Of a DNA stretch of 64,000 nucleotides, positions 18,036-27,807 are shown in pieces. Each line of letters starts with the position of its first letter. The stretch's first letter is position 1. Below the pieces are notes generated by a model. That model did not search any database and was not told the DNA's origin. It was given only the letters and a program-made list of their open reading frames with translations. Origin of the DNA: Bacteroidota bacterium (lineage in GTDB: Bacteria; Bacteroidota; Ignavibacteria; UBA10030; SZUA-254); the NCBI GenBank assembly GCA_035495255.1, contig DATJGD010000063.1, positions 1-64,000 of the forward strand. Reading direction: 5' to 3'. Both the position numbers and the translations under genes were made by a program.

Positions 18036-18135
18036 TTTTCTCCGTTTTCCTACGCTGGCATGATCCAGATCAGGTTTCCAGGGTTTTTCTCAGCCTCCCG
18101 ACGATTCGGGAGACACCCCTAACGGCTACACGAAA
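18036..18135 (-). ncRNA. TPP (thiamine pyrophosphate) riboswitch aptamer, THI-box
   Basis: The minus strand reads GCCGTTAGGGGTGTCTCCCGAATCGTCGGGAGGCTGAGAAAAACCCTGGAAACCTGATCTGGATCATGCCAGCGTAGGAAAACGGAG. This contains the canonical CUGAGA, ACCC and ACCUGAUCUGGAU(A/C)AUGCCAGCGUAGGA blocks, with the P1 stem formed by CCGTT/AACGG. Confidence 0.85.
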
Positions 18136-18289
18136 ATATAGGAGAATGAACGAAGGAATGCAAGTTGACTTTCCATAACCCCGTGATTATATTGGTTGTG
18201 CAAAACCGCAGCATGCCTGTCCCGGGAATGAACATTCATAATCTATCCAATCACGCGCCTTCACGCGCGCAACAAAAAGGAGAATCGCC

Positions 18290-18721
18290 ATGTCCATGAT
18301 GAAAGAGTTCAAAGAATTCGCGATGAAAGGTAATGTCGTCGACCTGGCTGTCGGCGTCATTATCGGCGCGGCATTCGGCAAAATCGTAAGCTCTCTCGTT
18401 GCTGATGTCCTCATGCCTCCGATCGGCATGGTCATGGGCGGCCTGGATTTCAGCGATCTCGTGATCACGCTGAAAGAGGCAATCGGAACGGCGCCGGCTG
18501 TCGTCGTGCGATACGGTGTCTTCATCAATACGATCATCGACTTTATCATCGTCGCGTTCTGTATCTTCATGATGATCCGGACAATGAACAGGATGAGAAG
18601 GAAGGAAGCAGCGCCGGCGGAAATCGCCTCTCCGACATCCAAAACCTGTTCCGAATGCATGATGGTTATCCCCATCGGCGCAAAACGCTGCGGACACTGC
18701 GGCGTGGAATTGCGGTCGTAA
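18290..18721 (+). CDS. mscL: Large-conductance mechanosensitive channel MscL with an atypical C-terminal zinc-ribbon (CSEC..CGHC)
   Basis: The N-terminal 110 aa are nearly identical in pattern to E. coli MscL ([35 protein letters not shown]). The C-terminus carries CxxC-x11-CxxC. An AAGGAG SD is present. Confidence 0.85.
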   Translation: MSMMKEFKEFAMKGNVVDLAVGVIIGAAFGKIVSSLVADVLMPPIGMVMGGLDFSDLVITLKEAIGTAPAVVVRYGVFINTIIDFIIVAFCIFMMIRTMNRMRRKEAAPAEIASPTSKTCSECMMVIPIGAKRCGHCGVELRS

Positions 18722-18767
18722 GTTAATTCTATTTCTTCACTTTATCATCTATAGGAGGTCTCTGACC

Positions 18768-20135
18768 ATGAAATATTTTATCGGTTGTACGTTACTACTG
18801 CTTCTGCTTCTGGCGCCGTTGAACGCCCAGATCAAGAAGGAAGGACTCGGCGGCGGTGTCGGTATCGGCGGGACGGTTGCGAATACCGATCTCAAACAAG
18901 GAAAGACTGAATTATTCGGAAGGGCGTTTCTGCGCTATCCTCTCGTGAATCACATCGAAGGCGACTTCGGCGCCGGCATCGGCGAAGTTCGCAGCGAAGT
19001 ATTTCGTACGCGCATCATTCCCTTCGATTATCGCTTTGTCATCAGCCCGTTCGAGTTCGAGAGCTGGAATCCTTACCTGTATGCAGGCGCGGGAGTTCTT
19101 CGTTTCGAGGTCCTGGATCCGCCGGCTGTGAGTAACGGAGACAGGCCTCAGGCGTGGACGGGAATGTTCCCCGCAGGCGTCGGCGCGCAATTCAAGATTA
19201 ACGATCAGCTTCTGTTCGAAATGAGCGGCGGCTACAACCAGACGATGACGGACGATCTCGACGCCGTCAAGACCGATCACAAGGATGGATACTGGAATTT
19301 CCTCTTCGGACTAACTGCCACCGGCGTCGGCCCGGACCGCGATCCGGATAAAGACGGCCTCCTCAATGACGACGAAAAGCAGTTGGGGACGGATCCGAAC
19401 AATCCCGATACGGACGGCGACGGACTTTCGGACGGCGATGAGGTAAATGTGTATCACACAAACCCTCTGAAGCCCGACAGCGACGGTGACGGCCTGAATG
19501 ATGGCGACGAAGTGAAAAAGCACAAGACCGATCCCAACAAAGCTGACACCGACGGGGACGGCCTGAAGGACGGCGAAGAGGTGATGAAGTATACCACCGA
19601 TCCTCTGAAAGCCGATACGGACGGCGACGGTTTGAAGGATGGCGAGGAAGTGAATCAGTACAAGACTGATCCGCTCAAGGCCGACACAGACGGCGGCTCC
19701 GTGAACGACGGGACAGAGGTCGCGAACAAGACGAATCCCCTCGATCCAAGCGACGATGTTCCGAAGAAGAAAGAAGAGTTCCAGACTGAGGTCGGAAAAG
19801 CGATCGTTCTCGACGGCATCGTGTTCAAATCCGGCAGCGCCGAAATCACCTCCGAATCGGAAGATATCCTGACGAAAGCATACAACACGCTTGAGCAGAA
19901 TCCCGAAATCGAGGTGGAAATCGACGGGCATACCGACAATTCCGGCAGGCATGCATCCAACATGAAGCTTTCACAGAACCGCGCGGATGCTGTGAAGACA
20001 TGGCTCACCGGAAAAGGCATCGCGGCTTCAAGGATCACAACGAAAGGATTCGGCCCGGACAAGCCGATCGCTTCGAACAAGACCGCCGAAGGAAAGCAAA
20101 AGAACCGGCGCATCGAGTTCCTGCGTACAAAATAA
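18768..20135 (+). CDS. OmpA-family outer-membrane protein with thrombospondin type-3 repeats
   Basis: It has a signal peptide and an N-terminal barrel. Seven or more DxDGDGLxDGxE TSP3 repeats follow. The C-terminal OmpA domain shows GHTDNSG..SQNRADAV..NRRIEF. Confidence 0.85.
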   Translation: MKYFIGCTLLLLLLLAPLNAQIKKEGLGGGVGIGGTVANTDLKQGKTELFGRAFLRYPLVNHIEGDFGAGIGEVRSEVFRTRIIPFDYRFVISPFEFESWNPYLYAGAGVLRFEVLDPPAVSNGDRPQAWTGMFPAGVGAQFKINDQLLFEMSGGYNQTMTDDLDAVKTDHKDGYWNFLFGLTATGVGPDRDPDKDGLLNDDEKQLGTDPNNPDTDGDGLSDGDEVNVYHTNPLKPDSDGDGLNDGDEVKKHKTDPNKADTDGDGLKDGEEVMKYTTDPLKADTDGDGLKDGEEVNQYKTDPLKADTDGGSVNDGTEVANKTNPLDPSDDVPKKKEEFQTEVGKAIVLDGIVFKSGSAEITSESEDILTKAYNTLEQNPEIEVEIDGHTDNSGRHASNMKLSQNRADAVKTWLTGKGIAASRITTKGFGPDKPIASNKTAEGKQKNRRIEFLRTK

Positions 20136-20148
20136 GTTCCTACTGCAT

Positions 20149-20190
20149 GCTATGCCTTCACGATGTGTGGAGGCATAGCTGTTTTTTCTC
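20149..20190 (+). terminator. Rho-independent terminator after the ompA-like gene
   Basis: The hairpin is GCTATGCCT-n13-AGGCATAGC followed by TGTTTTTT. Confidence 0.5.
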
Positions 20191-20223
20191 CAGATCTGTA
20201 AATCAATAACCTAAAGGACTGAA

Positions 20224-21072
20224 ATGAAAACCTCGATACTATGTATGCTCGTGCTGGTCGCGTCGATGATGCAGGCTCAGGATACGACCAAGCCTGCACC
20301 CGTCTATGGATGGAAACACGGCATGGTGGCGGGACTCACGCTCACCCAGGTTGCGTTTACCGACTGGGCGCAAGGGGGCGAAAATGCGCTTTCCTATACG
20401 TTTAACGCCGACGGCAAATCGGTGGACGATGAGCTGGGTTCCAACTGGGAAAACACCTACAAGTTCGCGTTCGGCCAAACACGGTTAGGCGGTCAGGGTT
20501 TGCGGAAGACCGACGACATCATCGATCTTTCAACTGTCTATACCTACAAGCTGGGGACATACCTCAATCCCTACGCTGCCGCTACGGTAAAGTCGCAATT
20601 TGCGAAAGGATTTATGTATGATCCTGCCGGAAATGAAATCGAAGTCTCGAAGTTCTTCGATCCGGGATACCTGACGCAAAGCGTGGGCGTCGGTTACCGG
20701 CCCGGAAAAGAAATCAAGACGCGGCTTGGATTTGCGCTGAGGGAAATTATTACGGATCAGTTCAATAAGTATGCCGACGATCCGACGACGGCAGCGATCG
20801 AAAAAACCTCCGTCGACGGCGGGATCGAGTCGGTCACAAACGTCGAGCTCCGGCTGGATGATAACATTCTATTCAAAACCGACCTTGAGCTCTTTTCACC
20901 CATCAAACACATGGATGAAGTTGTCGTTCGAAGCACGACCACAATCACGGGGAAGGTGAACAAGTATGTCTCGGCGATTTTCGGATTGCAGCTTATCAAT
21001 GAAAAACGCATTTCACCGCGCACGCAGGTGAAGGAAAGCATTTCGCTGGGATTGACCTACACAGTATTCTAG
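20224..21072 (+). CDS. DUF3078-like outer-membrane beta-barrel protein
   Basis: It has a signal peptide and a WAQGG motif. The alternating strand pattern ends ..LGLTYTVF with a C-terminal Phe. Confidence 0.45.
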   Translation: MKTSILCMLVLVASMMQAQDTTKPAPVYGWKHGMVAGLTLTQVAFTDWAQGGENALSYTFNADGKSVDDELGSNWENTYKFAFGQTRLGGQGLRKTDDIIDLSTVYTYKLGTYLNPYAAATVKSQFAKGFMYDPAGNEIEVSKFFDPGYLTQSVGVGYRPGKEIKTRLGFALREIITDQFNKYADDPTTAAIEKTSVDGGIESVTNVELRLDDNILFKTDLELFSPIKHMDEVVVRSTTTITGKVNKYVSAIFGLQLINEKRISPRTQVKESISLGLTYTVF

Positions 21073-21152
21073 CAGATCTACTACGACCGGCGGTTCGGGT
21101 TGAATCGCCGGTTTGCGCGTTTCCCCGCCTTCACACCTTCACGTCTCCGTGC

Positions 21153-22727
21153 TCAACGATTCGCATACTCACGCTCCTCCCTCTCGCCGACATGCCGCCG
21201 GTAGACCTCAAATTGTTGAATCGGCTCCAGCTTGTCATACTTTTCCAGGAATCCTTTCTTCCATCCGATAAATTCCAGGTACTCGCTGATCTTGAATAGT
21301 GGCGGGCAGCCCTGGCATTCCGAAGTATCAATGAAGATCAGATGAGGCTCCTTTGTAACGACGTCCTTTCCCAATTCCATAAGAAATCGTTTTTCTTCGG
21401 GGTCTGCAGAGCTCCACGTGTGGTACCGCGCGGAGTCGCTTGATGCGGCATCGTAGAGCATCGCGATCGGAAAGGCCACAGGGTAGCGGGTGCCGGGCAG
21501 GCGATCCGCGTAGATCGCAGTGGGATATGTCGGATAGACGTTCGTGGCGATAAACGTGACCCGGTCCGTCGGAGCTGTTTCATGCCGGATAAACGACACC
21601 AGGGGATCAATGTAATCGCGCTTGTCATCCGACAAATTTAATGCTCTCCGAACGACGAAGATCAGACACAGGCAGGTAAGCCCGAGGGCAATGGATCCAA
21701 GAATTGCCCGGTTGCGGTTGATCCCTATTCCGATCAGCGCGATCCCCATTCCGGTTATTGCAAAAAAGGGAATCATATGATAGAACCAGGGTTTTTGCTG
21801 GAAGATGTACGTACAAACGCCTGCGAAGGCTGCGGCGGCAAGGCACTGCGCAAGCTTCCGCTGCAGCTCCGTGAGTGAGCGTCCTGCTATGATGATAGCG
21901 GCGAAGGCTGTGAGTATTCCTGCCGGAATTAAGGTTCTCTGAATTGAATCAAGGAAGAGCACTCTCTTCCATGGACTGTCGTAGACGTGGTAATGGCTGG
22001 TGATGAACGGAATCCAGCGCGAGATTAGCGCGACACGCATGGACTGAGGGACCCAGAGAAAGTGCGCGCAGTAGATAAACACTATCCCGCAGACGATCGC
22101 AATTTCATTTCCATAGGCGAATTTCTTTGCGCGGAGTGCCAACCAGAGTTCTGCCGCCAGGAGGATGACCAGGAAATGCGGCTTCAACGATGAAGTGAGC
22201 CCCGTAAGTATTCCGATGATCCAGGGTACCGTTCGGCCGAAACTGATCGCCGAAGTCCGCGCCGCGCGAAGAACAAGCCACGGGATGCAGGCAAGGACAA
22301 ACAGGTGCTCACGCTGGCCGAAGCTTCCGGAGGCATACACGAGAATTGAAAACAAGATCCACGCCGAGATAAGAAGGAGCCTCTGCGTCGGTGTTTCGAA
22401 GGCTCCCGTTCGTTTGATCACGAGGAAGAGCAGCAGCGAACTCAGCAGACCATATCCCGCAACCAGGTATTGAAATATGTCGATGACGCTGACGCCGGTG
22501 ACATTCGCAATGAATGCCGGGATCGTGTGGAGATATAATGCCATCGGCGGATTGAGCTCGACGAAATCGACATAGGGAAGGTTGCCTTTCAGGAGAAGCT
22601 GAGCGCACTGCAGGAGGAGCGCCGAATCGTGATTCAACGGAACGGGGGAGAGAGCAACAAGAAGGAGCAGCGCAGCAAGTAAGAGAACGAGGAGTGCCGA
22701 AGATGTACCCGAACTGCCGGGACTCAT
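21153..22727 (-). CDS. GT-C fold polytopic membrane glycosyltransferase (PMT/ArnT-like, family 39/83-like)
   Basis: 524 aa with about 12 TM helices, a conserved first-loop acidic region and a C-terminal soluble domain. This call is tentative. Confidence 0.45.
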   Translation of the reverse strand: MSPGSSGTSSALLVLLLAALLLLVALSPVPLNHDSALLLQCAQLLLKGNLPYVDFVELNPPMALYLHTIPAFIANVTGVSVIDIFQYLVAGYGLLSSLLLFLVIKRTGAFETPTQRLLLISAWILFSILVYASGSFGQREHLFVLACIPWLVLRAARTSAISFGRTVPWIIGILTGLTSSLKPHFLVILLAAELWLALRAKKFAYGNEIAIVCGIVFIYCAHFLWVPQSMRVALISRWIPFITSHYHVYDSPWKRVLFLDSIQRTLIPAGILTAFAAIIIAGRSLTELQRKLAQCLAAAAFAGVCTYIFQQKPWFYHMIPFFAITGMGIALIGIGINRNRAILGSIALGLTCLCLIFVVRRALNLSDDKRDYIDPLVSFIRHETAPTDRVTFIATNVYPTYPTAIYADRLPGTRYPVAFPIAMLYDAASSDSARYHTWSSADPEEKRFLMELGKDVVTKEPHLIFIDTSECQGCPPLFKISEYLEFIGWKKGFLEKYDKLEPIQQFEVYRRHVGEREEREYANR

Positions 22728-22746
22728 AGAGTCCGTTAGCCCCCTC

Positions 22747-24204
22747 TTAATTCAGATTCTTTAAAATAGTCAGCAGCAATTTCCAGAACTTTTCGACGGT
22801 GTCAATATAGATCTTCTCGTCGGGCGAATGAACGCCTTCGAGCGTGGGGCCGAACGAGACCATATCCATCCCGGGAAATTTTTCGCCGATAATGCCGCAT
22901 TCCAATCCGGCGTGTATGGCCTTGATGAGGGGCTCTTTTCCGTAGAGCTGCTTGAATGAATCCTTCGCGATCTTCAGAATCTTTGAATGAAGATCGGGTT
23001 TCCAGCCCGGGTAGCCGTCGGAGGAGACGGCGGTCGCACCTGCCAGTTCGAAGATATCGCGGGCGGTATCGACTGCCTCATTCAGTTCGGAAGCCACCGA
23101 GCTGCGTTGGCTCGTGGCGATCGTGATTGTCTTTGCAGTCGTGCTGACGACCGCCACATTTGTCGAACTTTCTATGAGGCCGGCGATTTCAGAGCTCATC
23201 TTGAGGACGCCATGCGGGAGCGAAGAAATCACACGTGTGAGCGCAGCCTGCTGGCGTTTCTTGATGACTCTTGCCTTCTTAATCCCAACGGCTTCGGTCA
23301 GCGTAATGGCAAGATCGGGATCCACCAGGATAAGCTCCGCCTTGATCGCGGACCGCATTTCACTGACGATGCGGAACGCTTCGGTGAGCTGCTTCTTCGG
23401 AACATACACCAATGCTTCGCATTCTCTCGGAATCGCGTTGCGTTTATTGCCCCCGTCGATAGCTGCAAGCCGCACGCCGAGATCGGACAGCTTCATAAGG
23501 ACACGGTTGAGGATCTTGATGGCGTTTCCCCGGTTCTTGTCGATCTCAAGTCCGGAATGTCCTCCCTTGAGCCCCTTCACCCGCAGATGGTGCGGCGCGG
23601 CATTCTTGGGAGCGTTCTCCGGCGTGATTGAAAGCGTACCGAGAGTATCCCGTCCGCCCGAGCAGCCGACGTAGAGCGCTCCTTCTTCCTCGGAATCGAG
23701 ATTCATGAGAGTCTTGCTCTCCAGAAAATCCGATTTGAGGTTCTGCGCCCCGGTGAGGCCTGTCTCTTCGTCGATCGTGAAGAGTAATTCAAGAGGCCCG
23801 TGTTCCAGCGCTTTGTCCTCCATGATCGCAAGATTCGTCGCCACCGCGATTCCATTGTCGGCGCCGAGCGTGGTTCCGTTTGCCATGAGAACATTTCCTT
23901 TTCGGACCAGCACGATGGGATCTTTAAGGAAGTCGTGAACCGTGCCCGCATTCTTCTCGCACACCATATCGAGATGACCCTGGAGGCAGATGCTCCTGAG
24001 CTTGGTGTAGGAAGGATGCGCAGATTTCTTGACCACAACATTGCCCGCCGTATCTTGTTTTGCGACGAGCCCAAACCGCTTCGCGGTGTCCATGACGTAC
24101 TTCGCGATGGCCTTTTCATTCTTCGAGCCACGCGGAATGCGGGAAATCTCCGCAAAATATTTCCACACGAGCTGCGGTTGTAACCCTTCAATAGCTGTGG
24201 ACAA
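22747..24204 (-). CDS. pepD: Aminoacyl-histidine dipeptidase PepD (peptidase M20C, Xaa-His dipeptidase)
   Basis: 485 aa. The PepD family pattern is present (..CLQGHLDMV.., GADNGIAVA, DEETGLTGA, ..GGHSG..). Confidence 0.8.
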   Translation of the reverse strand: MSTAIEGLQPQLVWKYFAEISRIPRGSKNEKAIAKYVMDTAKRFGLVAKQDTAGNVVVKKSAHPSYTKLRSICLQGHLDMVCEKNAGTVHDFLKDPIVLVRKGNVLMANGTTLGADNGIAVATNLAIMEDKALEHGPLELLFTIDEETGLTGAQNLKSDFLESKTLMNLDSEEEGALYVGCSGGRDTLGTLSITPENAPKNAAPHHLRVKGLKGGHSGLEIDKNRGNAIKILNRVLMKLSDLGVRLAAIDGGNKRNAIPRECEALVYVPKKQLTEAFRIVSEMRSAIKAELILVDPDLAITLTEAVGIKKARVIKKRQQAALTRVISSLPHGVLKMSSEIAGLIESSTNVAVVSTTAKTITIATSQRSSVASELNEAVDTARDIFELAGATAVSSDGYPGWKPDLHSKILKIAKDSFKQLYGKEPLIKAIHAGLECGIIGEKFPGMDMVSFGPTLEGVHSPDEKIYIDTVEKFWKLLLTILKNLN

Positions 24205-24244
24205 GTGTACTCCTTTTAAATTTCATACTTTGTGAGCGGTAGGC

Positions 24245-26224
24245 TCAGTCTTTCTTCATTGCCGTACGGAATAACAATATGCCAAGCAATACGAACATGA
24301 TCGCACCGATAAGGTCCGCACCGGCGCCAAGATTTTCCCAGCCGTGTATGCCGACGGAATCGAGCAAATATTCGGCGACGGATACTTCCTTTTGCGCTCC
24401 GCCGGACATCGTCATAAAGGTTATGCCGCTGAGAATCGCGATCAACACGCCGGTCAATGATCCGCCTGCAACCAACCCGGTACTGTAGAGCATGCCCGGA
24501 CTCACTTCGGATTCTTCCTTCTTCTTCTGGATTCTATCAACAAGGGCTTTTAAGGCGCCTCCGGCAAATATCGGAGCTGTCGTCGAGAGCGGGAGATAAA
24601 CACCGACGGCGAACGAAAGCGATCGTATGCCGCACAATTCGACGACTACGGATATTGCCATGCCAATGAAGACGAGCGCCCAGGGGAGATCCTGTGCAAG
24701 CAAGCCCTTGATGATGGTTGCCATCAACGTTGCCTGAGGTGCTGCAAATTTCTCAGTTCCGATTGCATGCGGAATTCCCTTATACGCCATTGATCCGTCT
24801 ATCCATTGGAGGGTCATGCCCACGGCAAACGTAGAGACGAGCACGCCGATAATAAGCCCGATCTGCTGCCAGATCGGAGTCGCACCGACGATATATCCTG
24901 TCTTTAAATCCTGGCTCGTCGCGCCCGCGTTCGCCGCGGCGATACAGACGATGCCGCCGACGACCAGCGCGACCGATTGGAAGATATCGCCCTTCCAGCC
25001 GATGCTGACGAATATTAAACATGTTGCCATCAGTGTAGCGATCGTCATCCCGGAGATCGGATTGTTAGAGGAACCGATGATGCCGACAATTCGCGAGCTT
25101 ACGGTGACGAAGAAAAAGCCGAAGATGACGATCAACAATCCCATGAGCAAGGTGCCGGGGAATGTTCCGGGCATTTGCGGCAGGAGCGCGATGATGAGAA
25201 CGAGGAGAACCGATCCGATGACCACGTACGTGATGGGAAGATCCCGTTCCGTGCGCGATAATTTCACGCCAGACCTGTGTTCCTGCATGCTCTTAAAACT
25301 ATCCTTGAATGCAGAAACAATTGTCGGAAGCGTCTTAATCAGTGTAATAAGTCCGCCGGCGGCGACAGCTCCCGCGCCTATGTACCGCACATATCCGCCG
25401 CGAATTTCTGACGGCGACATATCTTTGATAAGCTTACCGGCAGGTTTCAGGATCGCCGGAAGGGAGTCGCCGATAAACGCGATCAGCGGAATGAGCACCA
25501 TGTACGAGAGAACGCCTCCCGCCACCAATACTCCCGCGATCCGGGGCCCGATGATATATCCCACGCCCATATACTCCGGGGTAATCTCGGCGCTGAGATT
25601 TGCGTTCGGGTATGAGGATCCACGTGGGGTTGTGTAGCCCGGAACATCCTTCCACAGGCCGAGGACGCTCATCAATGTCTTATAGGCAACTGCGATGCCG
25701 AGGCCTGCGAACAGGCGCTTCGCCATCGATCCCCCTTTTTCACCGGCCACCAGCACGTCAGCGCACGCGGCACCTTCGGGATATGGTAATACTCCGTGTT
25801 CCTTGACAATCAACGATCGTCGCAGGGGAACCATGAAGAGCACGCCGAGGATGCCTCCGACAAAGGCGAGGGTAAGAATGTTGAAATAATTGAAATAATT
25901 TTCACCGCCGGACAAAAAGATCAGTGCGGGGAAAGTAAACGCCACGCCCGCCGCGATGGATTCACCCGCAGATCCAATCGTCTGCACAATGTTATTTTCG
26001 AGGATCGTGGACTTGCCGACCCTTTTAAAGACTGCGATCGCAAGCACGGCAATCGGGATGGAGGCAGAGACCGTCAATCCGGCACGGAGCGCGAGATAGA
26101 CGGTTGCGGCACCAAAGATGAGCCCAAAGAAAGCACCGAGGAGAACCGCTTTCAATGAGAACTCGGCCATCACCGTCTCAGCAGCAACGAACGGTTGAAA
26201 TGATGATTTATTATTTTCAGCCAT
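24245..26224 (-). CDS. OPT-family oligopeptide transporter
   Basis: 659 aa with about 16 TM helices. An OPT superfamily pattern is present. Confidence 0.75.
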   Translation of the reverse strand: MAENNKSSFQPFVAAETVMAEFSLKAVLLGAFFGLIFGAATVYLALRAGLTVSASIPIAVLAIAVFKRVGKSTILENNIVQTIGSAGESIAAGVAFTFPALIFLSGGENYFNYFNILTLAFVGGILGVLFMVPLRRSLIVKEHGVLPYPEGAACADVLVAGEKGGSMAKRLFAGLGIAVAYKTLMSVLGLWKDVPGYTTPRGSSYPNANLSAEITPEYMGVGYIIGPRIAGVLVAGGVLSYMVLIPLIAFIGDSLPAILKPAGKLIKDMSPSEIRGGYVRYIGAGAVAAGGLITLIKTLPTIVSAFKDSFKSMQEHRSGVKLSRTERDLPITYVVIGSVLLVLIIALLPQMPGTFPGTLLMGLLIVIFGFFFVTVSSRIVGIIGSSNNPISGMTIATLMATCLIFVSIGWKGDIFQSVALVVGGIVCIAAANAGATSQDLKTGYIVGATPIWQQIGLIIGVLVSTFAVGMTLQWIDGSMAYKGIPHAIGTEKFAAPQATLMATIIKGLLAQDLPWALVFIGMAISVVVELCGIRSLSFAVGVYLPLSTTAPIFAGGALKALVDRIQKKKEESEVSPGMLYSTGLVAGGSLTGVLIAILSGITFMTMSGGAQKEVSVAEYLLDSVGIHGWENLGAGADLIGAIMFVLLGILLFRTAMKKD

Positions 26225-26257
26225 CGAGGATTCCTCTATAGTTGTGGCGTTAGCGGA

Positions 26258-27169
26258 TTAATTTAATTGAGATCGTGTGAAGAGTGACCTGAGAACATAC
26301 CCCGCAATCCGAGGGTTTTCCTTGAAGCGGCGGATCGAGTACTGATACCATTGTTTTCCAAATGGCACGTAGATTCTCAGCCGGTGGCCGTCGCGGAGTA
26401 TGCGCGTCCGCAGTTCGGGCCGGACACCGAGGAGCATCTGGAATTCATAGAGAGATGCTTGAAGATTCATCTGCTTTACAAGGGCCGAAGAACCGTCGAT
26501 AAGTTCGTGATCGTGTGTGGCGATCCCCACATATGCCTGCCCCTGCAGCATGGCAGAAAGAACATCGAGAAAATTCTTGTTAATTTCGTCGTGTCCCTTA
26601 AAGGCGATCGATTCCGGTTCGATATAGATGCCTTTGCAGAGCCGGAAGTTGCCGAGGCCGTCCTTCATAAGAGACTGTGCGTCGGACATCGTGCGCCGCA
26701 GATATGCCTGGAGGACGATGCCAAGATTATTGAATTCTTTTCTCAATTCCCGGTACACCCAGAGCGTATCGTCTGTGCAGGAAGAATCTTCCATGTCGAT
26801 CCGGATGAAATTGTTGAGCTCCTGTGCCAGGCGGGCGATTGACCGCATGTTTTCGAGACAGAACGACCGGTCAAGTTTCAGGCCAAGCTGGGTGAGCTTG
26901 ATGGAAACGTTGGATTGAAGGCGCTGCTGCGCGATCGTCCGGAAAAGTTCAAGAATTGAATTGGTAAAGGCAGTCGCTTCTTCGCGATGATGGAGGTCTT
27001 CACCAAGTACGTCAAGGGTTGCGAGAATGTTCTGTGCATTGAATTCCCTAACGACCCGGCTGGCATCCTCAACAGATTCACCGGCAATGTATCGGTTGGC
27101 AAAATGGCGGACAACTGGCTTCGGAACCGCAGGAAGCGCGGCGACGATCAGCTTATTTAATACATTCAT
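26258..27169 (-). CDS. Proline dehydrogenase (monofunctional PutA PRODH domain)
   Basis: 303 aa with the PRODH TIM-barrel pattern. Conserved blocks are DVLGED, LKLTQLGL, IRIDMEDS and LQAYL. Confidence 0.75.
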   Translation of the reverse strand: MNVLNKLIVAALPAVPKPVVRHFANRYIAGESVEDASRVVREFNAQNILATLDVLGEDLHHREEATAFTNSILELFRTIAQQRLQSNVSIKLTQLGLKLDRSFCLENMRSIARLAQELNNFIRIDMEDSSCTDDTLWVYRELRKEFNNLGIVLQAYLRRTMSDAQSLMKDGLGNFRLCKGIYIEPESIAFKGHDEINKNFLDVLSAMLQGQAYVGIATHDHELIDGSSALVKQMNLQASLYEFQMLLGVRPELRTRILRDGHRLRIYVPFGKQWYQYSIRRFKENPRIAGYVLRSLFTRSQLN

Positions 27170-27261
27170 TGAATCTCTATGTCCGGCGAGCGCTTCGATG
27201 TGTGAGTATTAGAGTAATGACTTGCAGAATATAGAGAAGAAGGGGATGAAAATCAAGCATT

Positions 27262-27807
27262 TCAGCCGAAAACAAGGTTTACAAGCCAGACGGAGATGAG
27301 AACAGCCGCGGCATCCACGATAATCCCCGCTAGAACCGCCTGTCTTCCCTTGGTAATTCCGACTGCCCCGAAATACACTGCGAGAACGTAAAACGTTGTC
27401 TCGCTGCTTCCCATCATTACAGAGACCATTCTGCCGATGAGAGAGTCTGGCCCGTGGGATTTTATGATTTCCGACATGACGCCGAGAGATCCGCTTCCCG
27501 ATAACGGCCGGATGAATGCCATCGGCAGCGCCTCCGGCGGCATGCCGATAAGCCTTGTGACGGGGGAGAGAAGGTTTCCGAGAATCTCCATGGCTCCTCC
27601 AGCCCGGAAGATGCCGATGGCCACGAGCATCGCGACGAGGTATGGAATGATGCGTACCCCTACATTAAACCCCTCCTTCGCTCCTTCAACGAACGCCTCG
27701 TAGATTTTGACTTTCTTGACGACGCCGTAGACAATAATGAACAGTACGAGCAGGGGGATTGCAATAATAGAGATCAACCCCATGATGTCGACGAACGACT
27801 GCATCAA
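27262..27807 (-). CDS. spmB: Spore-maturation-protein-B-like nucleoside recognition domain membrane protein
   Basis: 181 aa with the SpmB family pattern. It overlaps spmA by 4 nt. Confidence 0.65.
   Translation of the reverse strand: MMQSFVDIMGLISIIAIPLLVLFIIVYGVVKKVKIYEAFVEGAKEGFNVGVRIIPYLVAMLVAIGIFRAGGAMEILGNLLSPVTRLIGMPPEALPMAFIRPLSGSGSLGVMSEIIKSHGPDSLIGRMVSVMMGSSETTFYVLAVYFGAVGITKGRQAVLAGIIVDAAAVLISVWLVNLVFG

Noticed and set aside
18187-18697. Two minus-strand ORFs (162 and 148 aa) over the mscL locus
   Set aside because: They are antisense to an unambiguous MscL gene. They are low-complexity Arg/His-rich translations typical of GC-rich antisense frames.
18912-20113. Minus-strand ORFs of 122, 213 and 152 aa, and the periodic DNA repeats at 19350-19700
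   Set aside because: They are antisense to the OmpA/TSP3 gene. The DNA periodicity comes from the coding thrombospondin type-3 repeats (DTDGDGLxDGEE), not from a CRISPR array or a non-coding tandem repeat.
24816-25637. 273-aa plus-strand ORF
   Set aside because: It is antisense to the OPT transporter gene and has no motifs.
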